DNA from: Patescibacteria group bacterium
Lineage (GTDB): Bacteria > Patescibacteriota > Patescibacteriia > UBA9934 > GWF2-40-263
Length of the DNA stretch: 64,000 nt
NCBI GenBank assembly: GCA_041661745.1
Contig: JBAZTR010000005.1
Coordinates: 3,283 to 67,282, forward strand
Direction of reading: 5' to 3'
The notes under the pieces are model-generated. The model was not told the origin of the DNA. It ran no database searches and worked only from the letters and a program-made list of their open reading frames with translations. Position 1 is the stretch's first letter. Each line of letters begins with the position of its first letter. The translations under genes were made by a program, and so were the position numbers. This document shows, piece by piece, positions 22,492-32,845 of the stretch.

Positions 22492-25106
22492 ACCGCTTTT
22501 TCTACTTCAACCTGTCCACCAGTTTTTAAAACAATGGTATCGCGCGGCTTAACCTCGCCGGACAGCAAAACATTGGCCGCGGCGTTTTCCACATTCTCTT
22601 GAATTACACGGCGAAGCGGTCGAGCCCCAAACAACGGATCAAAACCTTTTTTGGCCAACTCTTCGACCACGGCGTCTTCGGCCCGCAATTTTATTCCCTT
22701 CATTTCTAAACGTTCGGCCACCTGTTTAATCATAAGGTAGGCAATCTGCCGAACGTCATCAAGCGTCAACGGTTTAAAAACAATGACCGCGTCAAAACGA
22801 TTCAAAAACTCCGGACGATAAATTCCTTTTAATTCTTGTTCTAACAATTCGGTTTTGATTTCCTCCAGCGGCCGGTTGGCTTTAACCGCGTCCTGAATAA
22901 AAGAGGTCCCGGCATTGGACGTGGCAATTAAAATAGTGCTGGTAAAATCAATCGTCCGCCCGGCGGCATCAGTTAAACGACCGTCGTCCATGACTTGCAG
23001 AAAAAGATTTAAAATTTCCGGACTGGCTTTTTCAAGCTCGTCAAGCAAAATAATTGAAAAAGGTTCTTGCCGCACAGCCTCCGTTAACAAGCCGCCTTCT
23101 TTTGAATCAGGGTTACCGATTAAGCGATGGATACTGGCGGTGTCCTGATATTCGGACATATCAAAACGTTGCATGGCCCCTTCGCTACCAAAATAAGCTT
23201 CGGCCACGGCTTTAGCCAATTCGGTTTTACCAACGCCGGTCGGCCCCAGAAAAAGAAAATTAGCAATTGGCCGTTTACCACTGCGAAGTTCGGCTCGCGA
23301 CCGGCGCAGGGCCGAGGAAACGGCTTTAACCGCTTCCTCTTGGCCAATCACCCGACCGTGCAAACGATCTTCGAAATGTAAAAGTTTTTCTTTTTCGTCT
23401 TCGGTTACTTTATTTAAAGGAATACCGGTTTTTTCTGACATGACTTTGGAAACATCTTCGCCGGTCACCAAAGTGTTTGAGCCCTTCTTTTGTCTGGCTT
23501 CCAAAGCCACTTCTTTAGCTAATTCAATGGCCTTTTCCGGTAAATAACTTTCGTGCAAATACCGGTCGGAAAAAATAACCGATTTTTCCAAAGCTTCAAA
23601 AGAAAAAATAATGTTATTTTGACCTTCGATCTCGGCCATTTTTGATTCCAAAATATTAATTGCCTCGGAGGTCGTTGGTTCGGGGATATTTATTTTCTGT
23701 AAAATTCGACCAAGGGCCGAAGGTTCAACGGCTTCAGAAAAAGCTTCAGGGGTGGTTGTGGCAATAAGCCAAGTAACCCCGCGCGCCAAAGCATCGGCCA
23801 AAACCGAAGCTAAATCCATGGTGTGCTCACTACCAGAAGTGATACCGGTTATTTTTTCAATATCGTTAACCACTAAAATAATATTGCGAGAACGAGCCAC
23901 TTCGGACAAAATCGACATTAATCTTTCTTCAGCCTCGGATGGGTTAGCTCCAGACAAAAGCGTTGAAATGGAAAGCGAAACCAAGCGCTTGTCTTTTAAA
24001 ACCTCGGGCACGTCTTCCTCAACCATTTTTTGGGCAATACCAGCAATAATCGTTTTCTTACCAATCCCGGGCGGCCCAACTAAAATCACGCTCTGCCCGC
24101 CACCTTCAATCGCTCGAAAAATTTCACGAATTTCTTTTTCGCGATCAATCAGCATGGGCAAACGGCCATAAACCGCTTCAACGGTCAAATCGTCGGCCAC
24201 ACGGTCCAAAAGCGGCGTGGCCACGCTGGTCATGGCCCGGTTCATATCACCAACCGGCTTATGCAAAGCCGCCCGACGAAATTTTTCGTAACGAAGGCGA
24301 AGTTCTTCGTTAATGCGAACCCATTCCACGGCGTGATCAAATTGTTCTTTAGTAATTTCTTTAGAGGTTAACCAATCAGCCAAAAGCGGCTCGGCGTGAA
24401 AGGCTTTTTGAAAAAGTTCGAGAATAGAAACTGTTCTTTGACCTCGTTCGTAAGCCGAAATAAATGACTGAAAAATCACGTCTTGGCCGACGGCTGATAA
24501 AGCCGTGCTTTCACCAACCGTTAAAGCGGCCAAACTTTTTTCAATCGCTGGTTTTAAATCGTCAAAGCGTATGCCTAACCGAGCCAAAACAACCCGCGGT
24601 TTTTCCGCTGACAAACAACCGGAAAATAAATGAATCGCGGCCACCTCGGCATGATGAAAGCGTTCGGAAAATTCAAAAGCCTCTTCCACGGCCCGACGCG
24701 CGGCGTTTTCAAAAGTTTCGGCAATATTTTCGGTTCGACCAATGGCCGGGCCGATGGTTGGTGGTTCGTTGTTATAAAGTCGCTTTGGTAAATAGTGAGA
24801 GCGTCGAGACGATTCGCTTAAACGATAAATAACAAATTCACCACAAAGCAAAACAAAGAAAAGCAAACCGGCCGTTAAATTCGGTTCAAACCAAAAAGGC
24901 GAGGTTAACATTTCGTGACCTTGACCGCGGATAAACAAATCGAAAAAAGCTTTACCTAAAGCCGCAAGACCCAAAAGCATTACCCCAACGGTCAAAGCCT
25001 GATCAGTCCGTTCGCGAACAAGCGAAACCGCCCGCGAAACACGATCCAGCTTTTCCGACCAAAGATATGATTTTCCGTTAATGATGACGGAATTTTGTGG
25101 AGACAT
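22488..25106 (-). CDS. ClpA/B/C-family AAA+ ATPase with N-terminal TM helices
   Basis: Two AAA modules; D2 GPTGVGKT, RFDMSEY, LLDELEKA, GARPLRR; Clp-N-like region preceded by two hydrophobic helices. Confidence 0.85.
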   Translation of the reverse strand: MSPQNSVIINGKSYLWSEKLDRVSRAVSLVRERTDQALTVGVMLLGLAALGKAFFDLFIRGQGHEMLTSPFWFEPNLTAGLLFFVLLCGEFVIYRLSESSRRSHYLPKRLYNNEPPTIGPAIGRTENIAETFENAARRAVEEAFEFSERFHHAEVAAIHLFSGCLSAEKPRVVLARLGIRFDDLKPAIEKSLAALTVGESTALSAVGQDVIFQSFISAYERGQRTVSILELFQKAFHAEPLLADWLTSKEITKEQFDHAVEWVRINEELRLRYEKFRRAALHKPVGDMNRAMTSVATPLLDRVADDLTVEAVYGRLPMLIDREKEIREIFRAIEGGGQSVILVGPPGIGKKTIIAGIAQKMVEEDVPEVLKDKRLVSLSISTLLSGANPSEAEERLMSILSEVARSRNIILVVNDIEKITGITSGSEHTMDLASVLADALARGVTWLIATTTPEAFSEAVEPSALGRILQKINIPEPTTSEAINILESKMAEIEGQNNIIFSFEALEKSVIFSDRYLHESYLPEKAIELAKEVALEARQKKGSNTLVTGEDVSKVMSEKTGIPLNKVTEDEKEKLLHFEDRLHGRVIGQEEAVKAVSSALRRSRAELRSGKRPIANFLFLGPTGVGKTELAKAVAEAYFGSEGAMQRFDMSEYQDTASIHRLIGNPDSKEGGLLTEAVRQEPFSIILLDELEKASPEILNLFLQVMDDGRLTDAAGRTIDFTSTILIATSNAGTSFIQDAVKANRPLEEIKTELLEQELKGIYRPEFLNRFDAVIVFKPLTLDDVRQIAYLMIKQVAERLEMKGIKLRAEDAVVEELAKKGFDPLFGARPLRRVIQENVENAAANVLLSGEVKPRDTIVLKTGGQVEVEKAV

Positions 25107-25130
25107 AAAAAAATAAAAACCAAGCTAGCT

Positions 25131-25496
25131 TCAAAAAAATAAATGATACGCAAAACCAAAGACGGAAAAAGGCAAGAAAAGAAGATAGGCCAACAAAAAT
25201 AACAAAACTAAAACCAACCAAAGCAGCAGGGCTATCCCCCGGACAATAACCACAACCAAACGAACAAAAAAACTAATAATCCGACCGGTTATATCTGTCG
25301 TGCCATACATTGGCACAAAGAGATTTGTTAACCAAACCCCAAGTCCCAAATTGGTGTATTTATTTTTTATTGATTGACCACTACCCTCTAAAACAGAAAC
25401 TAACCCGCGGGTGTACCACCAAACCGGAAAAAACAAAATCCAACCGATCGCCTCGCCGATCAGTTTGGCCCCGTCCAAAGGAATTGTACTGGTCAT
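25131..25496 (-). CDS. Hypothetical membrane protein
   Basis: FFPVWWYTRG...NLFVPMYG; hydrophobic; upstream of the Clp gene. Confidence 0.75.
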   Translation of the reverse strand: MTSTIPLDGAKLIGEAIGWILFFPVWWYTRGLVSVLEGSGQSIKNKYTNLGLGVWLTNLFVPMYGTTDITGRIISFFVRLVVVIVRGIALLLWLVLVLLFLLAYLLFLPFSVFGFAYHLFF

Positions 25497-25507
25497 AACG
25501 TTTAAAA

Positions 25508-27274
25508 TTACCGCTCTGGTGGTATCTCGTAATATTTTAGCAAGAAATCGGCGATTTCGCCAAAAAGCGGTGCAGCCGAAGATTCGGCCCATTCCACATC
25601 ACGCGGATGGTCCAAACGAACCAACATGGCAAACCGCGGATTAGAGACCGGGGCAAAACCGGCAAATGAGCCGATATTATTATCAGTTTGATAGCCACCA
25701 TCAGCACTAGCCACCTGTGCCGTGCCGGTTTTACCAGCCACATAATAACCGGGCACACCGGCTTTTTTGCCGTGGCCGTTTTCCACCACCGAGACCAACA
25801 TGGCTCCGATGAGACTGGCACTCTTTTCGCTAATTACCCGACGAACTTCTTTTTTACCTTTTGTTTCGACGGTTCCATCGGAATATTTTATTTGATCAAT
25901 GATTTGCGGCTCTAACAAAACCCCGTTATTAGCCAAAGCCGCATAAGCCATGACCAGCTGAAGCGGCGTAACGGAAATTCCTTGACCAAAAGACGCTGTG
26001 GCCGAATAAACTTCAGCACTTTTGTTTAAGGAAGAAACATCGCCAAAAACTTCGGTGTCCAAATCAATACCGGTTGATTCGCCAAAACCGAAATTTTTGA
26101 CGTATTCTTTAAATTTTTCCTGGCCGGTTTGTTGCATGGCAAAAACCGTGCCGGTGTTAACTGAATTTTCAAGAATCTGCGTTAAGGTCACGGTGCCATA
26201 AACTTTATTTTCCGCATTAGACAGCGGCTTATCCCAACCACCAACCATAATCGAACCGGTATCATTATAAGTTGAGGACGGCTCGAGCACGCCGGAATCT
26301 AAAGCCGCGACTAAAGTAAACGGTTTAAAAACCGAACCCGGTTCGTAAGCATCAAAAGTCACCGGATTGTTAAAGTCATTAATACTTGAAACACTGCCAT
26401 AATTGGCCGGATCAAAATCCGGCGAGCCACACATGGCCAAAATTTTTCCTGTGCTTGGTTCAACAATAACGACCGAACCGCCATCAGCTCCGTGTTTTTG
26501 TACGGCCGTCTTTAAACGATCACAGGCAAAAAACTGAATATTGCGATCAATGGTCAAGACAACATCGGCCCCATCAATGGCTGGTTGGAAAGCGCGATCA
26601 GCCGCGGCAATCAAGCGGCCGGCAATATCCCCCTCGGAACGTAAAAAACCAGGTGTCCCGGCCAAGAGATCATCAAAATAACCTTCAATACCGTATTTAC
26701 CAGATAACGAACCGTCGGAGTTGGAACCTAAAAAACCAAAAAGATGTCCGCCCAAACCGGCTTCGGGATAAAATCTAGACGATTCGCGAACATAAGAAAT
26801 ACCGGTTATGTCGGCCGCTTCAAGTTCGACCAAAACATCGTCAGGTACATGACGCTGGATTGGTTCGTATGGATCAGTCTTATTAGAAAGCTTAACGGTA
26901 AAATCAGCCTTAGTCGTATCGTCCCAATCAAACAGCGTCGCTAATTTTTCCACGGTTTCGCCGGGGTTATCAATCTGACGTGGATCAGCATAAACATAAG
27001 CCAACTTTTGATTAGTAACCACGGCCACTAAATTATTGTCTTTGCCGTCATGAACCAAAATGTCACCACGCTCGGCAAACAATTCTTGAAACAATTCGTG
27101 CTGACCACTGGCCACGGCTTCATAAAAAGAATGGTCGAAAATTTGTAAAATAAAAAGTTTGCCGATTATCGCGCCAGCCAGCAAAACCAAAAGAACCGAC
27201 AAAATTTGTAGCCGAAAATCACGAGGCTGCACTCGTTTTTTGTCGCCCTTCCAACGGTTGGACTGTTCGTCCAT
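25508..27274 (-). CDS. Class B penicillin-binding protein (FtsI/SpoVD-like)
   Basis: EPGSVFK (SxxK), SVN (SxN), KTGTAQ; N-terminal TM. Confidence 0.92.
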   Translation of the reverse strand: MDEQSNRWKGDKKRVQPRDFRLQILSVLLVLLAGAIIGKLFILQIFDHSFYEAVASGQHELFQELFAERGDILVHDGKDNNLVAVVTNQKLAYVYADPRQIDNPGETVEKLATLFDWDDTTKADFTVKLSNKTDPYEPIQRHVPDDVLVELEAADITGISYVRESSRFYPEAGLGGHLFGFLGSNSDGSLSGKYGIEGYFDDLLAGTPGFLRSEGDIAGRLIAAADRAFQPAIDGADVVLTIDRNIQFFACDRLKTAVQKHGADGGSVVIVEPSTGKILAMCGSPDFDPANYGSVSSINDFNNPVTFDAYEPGSVFKPFTLVAALDSGVLEPSSTYNDTGSIMVGGWDKPLSNAENKVYGTVTLTQILENSVNTGTVFAMQQTGQEKFKEYVKNFGFGESTGIDLDTEVFGDVSSLNKSAEVYSATASFGQGISVTPLQLVMAYAALANNGVLLEPQIIDQIKYSDGTVETKGKKEVRRVISEKSASLIGAMLVSVVENGHGKKAGVPGYYVAGKTGTAQVASADGGYQTDNNIGSFAGFAPVSNPRFAMLVRLDHPRDVEWAESSAAPLFGEIADFLLKYYEIPPER

Positions 27275-27281
27275 ATTTTTT

Positions 27282-27731
27282 TTAGTTTTCCACCACGACC
27301 GTTTCTTCCTCAACTAAAACCGTGCCAACAAAAACCTGGCTTTCGCCGGTTGATTCGTTTTCTTGAGCGCGAATCAAACGACCAACATTATTTTCGTAAT
27401 CAGTAAAATTAAAAACATCACCTTCCTCCACTGCCGTCTCGTCAAAAACTGCGGTAACGGTTCCGCGATCTTCGGTTGAAAGTTCGTAGGGTTCGCCTTC
27501 GTAAACTGCTCCCTCTTCATCGGTTTCAAGATCACTTTCCGCCGGCCGATAAAAAATTGTTTCGTCGGTTTTAGGATTTAAATAAATAAACGCTCCCTCG
27601 TCGGAAAAAAGCCAATAAACAAGCTCACTCCCTTCAAGAGTTACTTCAGCTCGACCCTTGTATTCAAACGGGTCATTTTTTACGAGTAAAGTAGTGTTAG
27701 TTTTAAGAGCGAGAAGTTGATCGGTTGTCAT
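27282..27731 (-). CDS. Hypothetical acidic protein (DUF4178-like)
   Basis: ORF coupled to neighbours; acidic, beta-rich. Confidence 0.6.
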   Translation of the reverse strand: MTTDQLLALKTNTTLLVKNDPFEYKGRAEVTLEGSELVYWLFSDEGAFIYLNPKTDETIFYRPAESDLETDEEGAVYEGEPYELSTEDRGTVTAVFDETAVEEGDVFNFTDYENNVGRLIRAQENESTGESQVFVGTVLVEEETVVVEN

Positions 27732-28981
27732 AGAAACTTTTTATTTTTTAATTCTTCGGGAAGATAAGTTTGGTTAGTAGCGTCTTCTTCGGGCGGATAC
27801 AAATAATCTTTTCCGTAATCCAAGTCTTTCATCAATTTGGTTGGCGCGTTACGCAAATGAATCGGCACCGGCGGATTTGGCCCTTCATGAATTGTCGAAG
27901 CTACTTCGCCATAAGCCTTATACAGCTCAATCGACTTTGGGGCGCGAGCGAGATAAACCACTACCTGTGCCAAATTGACATTACACTCAGGTAAACCAAT
28001 GGAATGAGCTGCTTGGTAAGCTGCCGTGGCTTGCAAAAGGGCCTGTGGATCAGCTAACCCGACATCCTCGGAAGCAAAGCGTATCAGACGCCGGGCAATA
28101 TACAACGGATCCTCGCCGGCTTCAAGCATGCGGCCAAGCCAGTACAAGGCAGCGTTAGCATCACCACCGCGCATGGACTTATGAAGCGCCGAAATAATAT
28201 TGTAATGTTCCTCGCCGGCGCGGTCGTAAAGTAAATGTGATTTTTGAAAAGCCTCCCGAATTTCCGTCGCGGATAATTTTAGCACATTTTCGTCTTGCGT
28301 TGTTGTGAAAGAATCCACAGCAACCTCAAGGGCATTCAAAGCTGATCGCGCGTCACCATCAGCCAGGCCGGAAAGTAACGATTCCGCCTCCAAAGATAAT
28401 TCAATTTTCTTTTTTCCCAAACCCCTAACCTCATCTTTAAGCGCGGCCCGCACAATAACCAAAATATTTTCCGGCGTCAACTTTTCCAAAACAAAAACTC
28501 TAGAGCGAGAAAGCAAAGCCGAGTTAACTTCAAACGAAGGATTTTCCGTGGTCGCTCCAATAAGAGTAATAGTGCCATCTTCCACGGCTGGCAAAAAAGC
28601 GTCTTGCTGACTTTTGTTAAAGCGATGAATTTCATCGATAAAAACGATGGTTCTTTTTTTAAAAAACTTAATTTGCTCGCGAGCCTCCTTAATTGCTTCA
28701 CGAACCTCGGCCACACTCGACGAGGTGGCCGAAAGAGCAACAAAACGCGACTTGGTTTCGCCGGCAATAATCCGAGCCAAAGTGGTTTTACCCGTGCCTG
28801 GCGGACCCCAAAAAATCATGGATGGCAATTTATCCTGCGCAATAAGCCGGCGAAGCAAACCGGTTACCCCTAAAATTTTGTCCTGTCCAACAAATTCAAC
28901 CAAAGTCCGCGGCCGCATGCGTTCGGCCAAGGGGGCGTTAGCTAAACGGTTTGTGTTTTCTTGAGATGAAAATAAATCCAT
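27728..28981 (-). CDS. rarA: Replication-associated recombination protein A
   Basis: PLAERMRP, WGPPGTGKTT, DEIHRFNK, ISALHKSMRG. Confidence 0.95.
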   Translation of the reverse strand: MDLFSSQENTNRLANAPLAERMRPRTLVEFVGQDKILGVTGLLRRLIAQDKLPSMIFWGPPGTGKTTLARIIAGETKSRFVALSATSSSVAEVREAIKEAREQIKFFKKRTIVFIDEIHRFNKSQQDAFLPAVEDGTITLIGATTENPSFEVNSALLSRSRVFVLEKLTPENILVIVRAALKDEVRGLGKKKIELSLEAESLLSGLADGDARSALNALEVAVDSFTTTQDENVLKLSATEIREAFQKSHLLYDRAGEEHYNIISALHKSMRGGDANAALYWLGRMLEAGEDPLYIARRLIRFASEDVGLADPQALLQATAAYQAAHSIGLPECNVNLAQVVVYLARAPKSIELYKAYGEVASTIHEGPNPPVPIHLRNAPTKLMKDLDYGKDYLYPPEEDATNQTYLPEELKNKKFL

Positions 28982-28991
28982 ATTTTTCAGA

Positions 28992-29062
28992 CCCCTCACC
29001 CCTTTCCCCCGCTACTTGCAGATGAGCGGGGCTCTTCCCCTCCCCCAAGGCTGGGAGGGGAG
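28992..29062. repeat. C-rich/G-rich REP-like palindromes at the DUF559 3' end
   Basis: cccctcccccaaggctgggagggg; cccgct...agcggg. Confidence 0.6.
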
Positions 29063-29418
29063 AAAATTTCGGTTTTAATTATTTTAATTACAGAATCAAT
29101 GTCCTTTAAGACTTGTTCGTTTGTAAATCTCAAAATTTTATACCCAAATCCTTCTAAAACATCGCTCCTAAATTTGTCGTGTTCGGAAAAATCTTTCTTT
29201 TGATGAATCGGCCCATCAACCTCAATAATCAATTTAAGAGTGCGGCTACAAAAATCCGTTATAAAATTTTCTATTCCGACTTGCCGAGAAAACTTAACAC
29301 CCAACCTACTGTTTCTTAAACGACGCCAAAGAACTTCTTCAGCCTCCGTACTTTTTTCCCTTAATTCCCTTCGACTCTCTTTAAGTTTAGAAGGGTTCAT
29401 TTTTGGTACTTCTAACAT
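28996..29418 (-). CDS. DUF559/Vsr-like endonuclease
   Basis: TEAEEVLW..LR, KFSRQ, DF, LIIEVDGPIH, LRFTN. Confidence 0.88.
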   Translation of the reverse strand: MLEVPKMNPSKLKESRRELREKSTEAEEVLWRRLRNSRLGVKFSRQVGIENFITDFCSRTLKLIIEVDGPIHQKKDFSEHDKFRSDVLEGFGYKILRFTNEQVLKDIDSVIKIIKTEIFSPPSLGGGEEPRSSASSGGKG

Positions 29419-29427
29419 AAAAATCTT

Positions 29428-29486
29428 GCCCCCTCTCAGCCCCGGGAGAGGGGGATGGCCTCTCTTGATTTGGAGAGGGGTGAGGG
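29428..29486. repeat. C-rich/G-rich REP-like palindromes at the DUF559 5' end
   Basis: cccctctc-agccccgg-gagagggg and cctctc-ttgatttg-gagagg. Confidence 0.65.
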
Positions 29487-29608
29487 ATTCGCTAACTTGA
29501 TTCTAAACCTATCTAACACCCTTGACAAACGGCAATTTTTTTGCTAATCTAACCCTCCTTGGCCTGAGTGAAATCAGGCCTAAACGTTCCTTGAGACAGG
29601 AGCTGGTC

Positions 29609-29830
29609 ATGCGAGGAAACTTTGGCTGGACCCCAGAGCAGAGAGAAGTGGCCAGGCGTAACGATGCCTGGCGGCGAGAACTGCGGCGCCGCGGAACCCA
29701 GGAAGGTGGCATCGTCGAAAGCGCCGACGATGTCCGGGCCATGCTCGGCAGCGGCGGCCGCTTCCTCGCCCGCTTCTTCCCAGATCGCCCCTCCGATCGT
29801 CTGCCCCCTACTTCACCCGACGATGAGTAG
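29609..29830 (+). CDS. Small hypothetical protein; GC-rich cassette 3
   Basis: TTGACA(29522)-17-TAATCT, hairpin GGCCTGA/TCAGGCC, CGTTCCTTGA, AGGAG SD, ATG 29609. Confidence 0.6.
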   Translation: MRGNFGWTPEQREVARRNDAWRRELRRRGTQEGGIVESADDVRAMLGSGGRFLARFFPDRPSDRLPPTSPDDE

Positions 29831-29882
29831 AGGGCTTTTTTAATTTTCAATATTCGCTCTTCGATGATAATATATTAACCGT

Positions 29883-31319
29883 ATGCAAACCTCGACTGAT
29901 CAAAAAATCTGGGAAGAAGAACAGCTAATTATTGCTGCAGAAAAACAAAAAACCCCCGAACTTTTTGTAACTTCAAAAAAAGAGCCAGGACAACTTTTTA
30001 CGCGTATCGGTATTCTTGATTATCCAACTTCCTTGCCCAAAGGTTATATAAAATACTCGCCGCTTGATTTTATTGTCGAAGAAATATTACCCGACGACAC
30101 AGTTGTTGATGTAGACAGTTTTAAAACTGACTCAAAGGCGATTATGTCCGGCCAAGGCACAATTTATGCCGATATTGTTAAAGTTGGCATTTCCACGCTT
30201 GATGCGGTTAATCGCATTGCCGAGGCTTTGAACCTTGATCCAAAACAAATCGGCTACGCCGGAATTAAAGATGCTGTTGCCCTAACTTCGCAAACTGTCA
30301 GTTTCCGTGGCGGTGTTACGGTTGAAGAAATTAAAAAACTTTCAGTTCAAGGAGTTATTATAAAAAACGTGGTGGAAGGAAAAGGGGCCGTCCAAATCGG
30401 CGCGCTTAAGGGAAACCATTTTACTTTATTCGTTAGAACGGAAAAACAGATTGACGAAGTCGCTTTTCAAAAAAATATCTCTCTTATCAACGAAAAAGGC
30501 ATTCCCAATTACTTTGGCCCGCAACGTTTTGGCAGTCCGCGCTTTTTGTCGCACTTATTCGGCATGCATTTGCTGCGTGGTGAGCCAAAAGAAGTGGTAA
30601 AAACTTATTTCTTTAAAACCAGTGAATTTGAATATCCATTCGTCACCAATTTACGAAACGAAGCCGCCAAACACTGGGGCGACTGGCCAGCGGTGGAGAA
30701 AATCTTTTCCACACTTCCCTACACCTTTCGTCATGAATTGAAGATATTGGAAACTTTAAAAGAACCGGGCAAACAAGATTCGTTTGTCGAAGCCTTATCA
30801 ACTATCGATCGCCAAGTTGATTTGTGGGCCCGCGCTTACGCCAGTTTTTTAAACAATCTTATTTTTTCCGAAGCCGAAACTGCCAGTCTTCCCTTGCCCG
30901 AGACAACTATTCAACTTTTAACGGAAAATCCCGAAGCACAAAATTTATATGGTAAATGGCTGGCAACACACGGCACCAAAAAATTCGTGGAAAATTTAAA
31001 ACAATTTCGTTTTACCAATTTTATTCACTTGGGCAATGCGGCTATTCCATCGCGCGTTAGGCCACATGTGCATAACTATAAAATTGTCCCCGAAGGCGTG
31101 GCTATTTGTTTTGATTTGCCCAAAGGGGCCTATGCCACCACGGTTTTAATGTTTCTATTCGACACCGTTACCGGCCAGCCTTTTCCTGAATGGATGAGCC
31201 GGACTGATTTTGATTCAAAAGAATTATTAAGTCTTGGTTCAATTGCAGAAATTAAAAAAGCCCTCGGGCCTTCTGTTGAACAGTTGATGTCCAAAAAACA
31301 GGAAGTTGAGGGGGATTAA
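29883..31319 (+). CDS. truD: tRNA pseudouridine synthase TruD
   Basis: DFIVEE, YAGIKD, GNHFT, NYFGPQRFG, LPKGAYAT. Confidence 0.92.
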   Translation: MQTSTDQKIWEEEQLIIAAEKQKTPELFVTSKKEPGQLFTRIGILDYPTSLPKGYIKYSPLDFIVEEILPDDTVVDVDSFKTDSKAIMSGQGTIYADIVKVGISTLDAVNRIAEALNLDPKQIGYAGIKDAVALTSQTVSFRGGVTVEEIKKLSVQGVIIKNVVEGKGAVQIGALKGNHFTLFVRTEKQIDEVAFQKNISLINEKGIPNYFGPQRFGSPRFLSHLFGMHLLRGEPKEVVKTYFFKTSEFEYPFVTNLRNEAAKHWGDWPAVEKIFSTLPYTFRHELKILETLKEPGKQDSFVEALSTIDRQVDLWARAYASFLNNLIFSEAETASLPLPETTIQLLTENPEAQNLYGKWLATHGTKKFVENLKQFRFTNFIHLGNAAIPSRVRPHVHNYKIVPEGVAICFDLPKGAYATTVLMFLFDTVTGQPFPEWMSRTDFDSKELLSLGSIAEIKKALGPSVEQLMSKKQEVEGD

Positions 31320-31325
31320 TTGGTT

Positions 31326-31359
31326 GGGGACTAAGGGACTGGGATACTGAGGGACTGAG
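31326..31359. repeat. Short GGGACT-type tandem repeat
   Basis: ggggactaagggactgggatactgagggactgag after the truD stop. Confidence 0.5.
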
Positions 31360-31385
31360 TTTTTGAAAACTTCGTAGATACGCGA

Positions 31386-31433
31386 ACGCCGTGTAGACTG
31401 GTTCCACCCAAGAGGGGTGGGTCTACACGGCGT
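31386..31433. terminator. Strong hairpin downstream of cassette 4
   Basis: ACGCCGTGTAGAC...GTCTACACGGCGT 13-bp stem with inner CCACCC/GGGTGG. Confidence 0.6.
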
Positions 31434-31459
31434 GAGTGCGGCTGCGTCTGCTAGTGTGA

Positions 31460-32041
31460 CTAGCGGGGGACGCACCGCATGTGGGCCTCGGTGTCCAGGA
31501 CGCGGAGGTCCCGGATCTCCCCGACCTCGTCGTCGTTGAGGGCGTGGGCCGGATTCACCGTCACACTGCCGTCCGGGTTCCGGAAGCAGTGGACGTGCCC
31601 GAAGGTCCGCCCGAGGATCTCGGTGAGCTTGGCCTGGAGGGCCGGGGACATGTCCAGGGCGGGCTTTCCTGCCTCGAGGACGACGACCAGGAAGTACATC
31701 CGGTCGCCCTCCTTCTGGAACATGGTCAGCCCGGTCACGGACCATCCGAACACCCTGGTCACGTCCGCGAGGACGCAGCGCAGGGAGACGGACTGGCGTC
31801 CCTCGGCCTTCCAACCGAACACCGGCGTGCCGGAGTCGGCCTGGCGGTTGCCGACGGCATCGGTGCGATCGCCGCGGAGGCCGTCGCGGCCGGCGGCACT
31901 GGCGCGCTCGATGTTGCGCTCGGTCAGCTCGGTCTGGCGCTGGGTGGAGCGCACGGTGCAGACGACTCCGAGTCCCTTGAGCATCGCGGCCGCCCGGTCG
32001 TTGATGCGGGGCTTGACGATGAACCTGACGATCTGCGACAT
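31460..32041 (-). CDS. Hypothetical protein; GC-rich cassette 4
   Basis: AGGAGG SD before MSQIVRF; promoter TTGACA(32162-32157)-17-TATATT; very high GC3. Confidence 0.7.
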   Translation of the reverse strand: MSQIVRFIVKPRINDRAAAMLKGLGVVCTVRSTQRQTELTERNIERASAAGRDGLRGDRTDAVGNRQADSGTPVFGWKAEGRQSVSLRCVLADVTRVFGWSVTGLTMFQKEGDRMYFLVVVLEAGKPALDMSPALQAKLTEILGRTFGHVHCFRNPDGSVTVNPAHALNDDEVGEIRDLRVLDTEAHMRCVPR

Positions 32042-32187
32042 TTGAACCTCCTGGCGTTGAGCCAGAGTGGTGGGGGGGGGCTGGGTGGAACGAACACTCA
32101 ATCGGACCCTTTCGGATCAGAATCAAGCGTATAAATATATCATAAAAACACCCTTATGTCAAGGGTGTTTTGCCTATTTAAGCCAAA

Positions 32188-32691
32188 TTATCGCCTATAT
32201 AAGTACATTTTAAGTTTACCTTCCACGTCATCAACCTTATCTGCCTCCCAGCCGACAATTGGCCAAACGTACGCAACCACACGCGCCCCAGGCTTTAGTT
32301 CCCTTTCCAACTTGGGCTTTATTTTGGCATAAGGCTCGGGCATGAGAAAAAGATAAACAATGTCAGCATCAGACAAATCAACTTTATATAAATTAGCCCA
32401 TTTAATTTTGACGTCGGTTTTGGCCAACCAGTTTCTAACAATCGCCACAATAATTTGGGGAATTGATAATTCAACACCAATGGCCTTAACCCCAAACCTC
32501 TTAGCCGCGGCTACGGACAGTCGAGCGTCACCGCATCCAAGATCGTAAAACTTCTCGCCAGGCTTCATTTCGACAAAATTCAAAAACCTCTCGATATCCT
32601 TCTTTTTAGTTGGCACCCACGGCGCACCCTGATTGGCGGCATAAGCCGTGGAGGCAATAAGAATAAGAATGATTAAAAGCACAACATACAT
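32188..32691 (-). CDS. Membrane-anchored class I SAM methyltransferase
   Basis: N-terminal TM, APWVPT, YDLGCGDAR, ELKPGARVV. Confidence 0.88.
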   Translation of the reverse strand: MYVVLLIILILIASTAYAANQGAPWVPTKKKDIERFLNFVEMKPGEKFYDLGCGDARLSVAAAKRFGVKAIGVELSIPQIIVAIVRNWLAKTDVKIKWANLYKVDLSDADIVYLFLMPEPYAKIKPKLERELKPGARVVAYVWPIVGWEADKVDDVEGKLKMYLYRR

Positions 32692-32762
32692 AGTCGCTAT
32701 ATTATATTCGAATTAATGATTATTGCCAAAACAAAAACACGCGAATCGTTTTCGTGTGTTTT

Positions 32763-32838
32763 TGGTCGGGCTGGCGGGACTTGAACCCACGGCCTCTACG
32801 TCCCGAACGTAGCGCTCTACCTACTGAGCTACAGCCCG
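32763..32838 (-). tRNA. tRNA-Pro (CGG)
   Basis: CGGGCTGTAGCTCAGTAGGTAGAGCGCTACGTTCGGGACGTAGAGGCCGTGGGTTCAAGTCCCGCCAGCCCGACCA; C1-G72, A73. Confidence 0.96.
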
Positions 32839-32845
32839 ATATTTT

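Noticed and set aside
32072-32080. G9 tract as a phase-variation switch
   Set aside because: It lies in the 5' leader, not in the CDS or promoter spacer, and there is no evidence of an effect.
31239-32134. Several long overlapping ORFs (31239-32126, 31479-32045, 31481-32134)
   Set aside because: Shadow frames caused by high GC3. Only 31460-32041 has a promoter, an SD and protein-like composition.
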